Below, one piece after another: positions 61,653-64,000 of a stretch of 64,000 bases of DNA. A program made the translations under genes and the position numbers. How positions within the stretch are numbered: the first letter of the stretch is position 1; each line of letters begins with the position of its first letter. Source of the stretch: Octopus sinensis (Eukaryota); assembly GCF_006345805.1 (NCBI RefSeq), contig NC_042999.1:85436001-85500000 (forward strand), in the 5' to 3' direction. A model generated the notes under the pieces. That model did no database searches. It saw only the letters and a list, made by a program, of their open reading frames with translations, and was not told the DNA's origin.

Positions 61653-61758
61653 CTTTTGGACTACAATCTGGCAAAGCCCGTGTTTTACGGCCGCGTTTTG
61701 GAGTTCGAAGATCTTCCGTAGTTATAATACTCATTTCTAGCTCTAATTTCCGTTTAGC
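61653..61758 (-). CDS. E2F3: E2F exon (cyclin A-binding motif/NLS); most 5' exon found, start exon probably beyond the window
   Basis: cttttcag|GCT; AKRKLELE...TPKRGRK...SPK; G|GTATTG donor. AKRKLEL and [13 protein letters not shown] indicate the E2F1/2/3 activator class; the symbol is the closest paralogue, not proven orthology. Confidence 0.9.
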
Positions 61759-61999
61759 CTGAAAAGAAATTAAGTTAAATTAGTTTTTTTTTTGTTAAAT
61801 TTGAAATGTTAAAAGTAGTCCAAAAAGATACTCAAAATTTAACCGCAGAGAATGAATATACATCAGACAGCAAAAAACTGATTTTAATCTCACCTATTAC
61901 GCAGTTCAGAATGAATAAAGTTTTTGCTAATAAAGTTATTCTGAAGAAGTAAAAAAACATATTTTGACAACTGTAATCAATCTGAAAGCTAAGATGACA

Positions 62000-62054
<55 letters not shown>

Positions 62055-64000
62055 ATATTTTAGAACAGCCACATTTATATCCTTTGTGTGTTGTAAGAAA
62101 CAACTATGAGTTGCTGTCAGGAAGGACATCTAGCCGTAAAATACTTGGACATAATGATGGTGTTTGTGATAGCAAGTCTATTTTTTGGGAATATATATGT
62201 CAAATATTTTATACAATTCATAATCACATGTCCGTAAGTATACACACACATCAATGTGTGTGATCGAAATATTAATCTGATACTCAACCTCAAAGACAAA
62301 TGATTCATACTAAAAGATGATTTATCCCCAAGCACAAAGGTGTAATTCCACTACTTGTAACTATTGGGGGGAAATGCCTACTGGAATAGTCTGTAAGAAT
62401 GTAACTAAGACCATTGCATCAGCTGTATAATGGAAAGTGCATCCGGCTTCTTGAAGACAAGTTTGATTCAATTCTATATGTGAATTAAGACAAAAGAAAA
62501 CAAGTCTTTATGTAGTCACTCAACCAGCTAGAAATAGCAGCTGTATCTTTGAAAATGGACATATTGAATTAAGTAGTTCTAAATACATCCCAAAAGATGG
62601 ATGGTCACAGCAGGAATACTTTTGATCATAGGTCTACTCAAACTCAATTGAAAAGAGATACTGATTTGGCAAGAAGATTATTCAGAATGAAAGAGATCAA
62701 GAAAGCTGAATCAATTTTAGCAGGTACCATTTCTTACACTGAGATACCAATGTGGTTATGTGGTTAAAAATTTTACCTCCCAACCACATGGTTTCAAGTT
62801 CAGCCCCACTGTGTGGCACCTTGGGCAAGTGTTTTCTACTATTGCCTAGTGGTTGAATTTGGTAGAAACGGAAAGACAACATGTATGTATGTGTGTGTAT
62901 ATATATCAATGTAGGTGTATATATATCTCCTTGTCTTAACATCATCTGATAGTCGTAAATGAGTGTCACTGTCATATAAACAGTGTCATTAATTTCTAAT
63001 ATTTTGTGAATCTATCTTTTGTTTGTTACATGAAAACTATGTCTAACCATGGAGAAATATTACCTTGCTTGGAAACAGTTGAGAGTTGGCAACTGGACGG
63101 ACATCTAGTCATAGAAAATTGCCCCTGTTAATTTTGTCCAACATATGAAAGCATAGAAAAATGGCTCTTTAAATGGCGATGATGAATACAAGCAATAGTC
63201 AAATTAAATTCTTGAGTCATCTAAATGAAAGGCAACTTTTAGATGAAGATTATAGGTAACCTTCTGAAAGATCATCATCACCATCATTCAACATCTATTT
63301 TCCATACTGACAGGCCAAAAGACTGCACCAGTCTCTAACTGCTTTGGCAAGTTTTCTATGGTTTGATTGACTTCCTAATACCGACTACTTTACAAAGTAC
63401 ACTGAGTGCTTTTTACATGGCACCAGCAAAATCGCCAAGTAACTTGCAAGACAATGACCACTCAGCTGAGTAAGGAGTAGAATTGAGGGAGGTAGTTTAG
63501 TGCAAGGTGATGAGAGGTTAGAGTATGACAGAGGAACAGTAGAAGGTATACATAACTACCCCAGTTGGAATAGGGGATAGAGAAAATGGTGAAGGAAATG
63601 TGTCAGGATATACCTTCAAGTTACAGGGAGGTGTATATAAAGGAAGTGTTACACAGGATTGGTTATTCAATTAACTATTGTATATGTGTCATTGTACAGG
63701 TAGCCCAATCGAAATCCAATATGATTAACACAAGTCTGCTTTTCTCAGGAGGATTGTCCAGCCTCAACAGTATGATGCTGTAGAACATTTAGGATAGAAT
63801 AGTAATTATGAATGTACTATGTAAGTAGACACACAAGTACATAACTATGCATGTATGAGTATGTATGTGTAGTGCATATGATATATACAAAGAAGATATT
63901 ACACATACACTTAGATGTCTGGTTGAGAAGCTTGCTTCCCAATCATATGGGTTCAGTCCCATTGTATGGCATCTCGGGCAAGTGTCCTATACTATATAAC

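Noticed and set aside
61732-61734. Met 61734 as the E2F start codon
   Set aside because: The conserved AKRKLELE motif and a good acceptor lie upstream in frame; the true first exon was not found in 61760-64000.

Overview
AT-rich, repeat-dense animal genomic DNA. The (TA)n/(CAT)n microsatellites, tRNA-headed SINEs and RTE LINEs look like octopus (cephalopod) sequence; this is an inference, not a database result. Three spliced protein-coding genes can be assembled with consistent intron phases. (1) A complete 5-exon ARMC10/ARMCX-like gene on + (3008-17714, 485 aa: N-terminal TM anchor, long acidic linker, ARM repeats). (2) A complete 8-coding-exon rabenosyn-5 (RBSN/ZFYVE20) gene on - (35493-22909, 489 aa: C2H2, FYVE, one Rab-binding hairpin). 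(3) A 5'-incomplete activator-type E2F (E2F1/2/3-like) gene on - (61758-49746, 8 exons, 324 aa). The most notable observations: one E2F intron has a perfect minor-spliceosome (U12) donor ATATCCTTT but no AG acceptor and apparently a rare AT-AA terminus, with a competing in-frame AT-AC option, and it contains a ~212 bp near-perfect palindromic TA-flanked MITE. An apparently full-length RTE LINE with an intact 1055-aa ORF and a PHD-like C4HC3 finger inserted behind the RT core lies in the last RBSN intron in sense orientation. The window also holds nested transposons, Penelope-like remnants and many intronic or flanking inverted repeats. Transposon boundaries are approximate unless stated otherwise.
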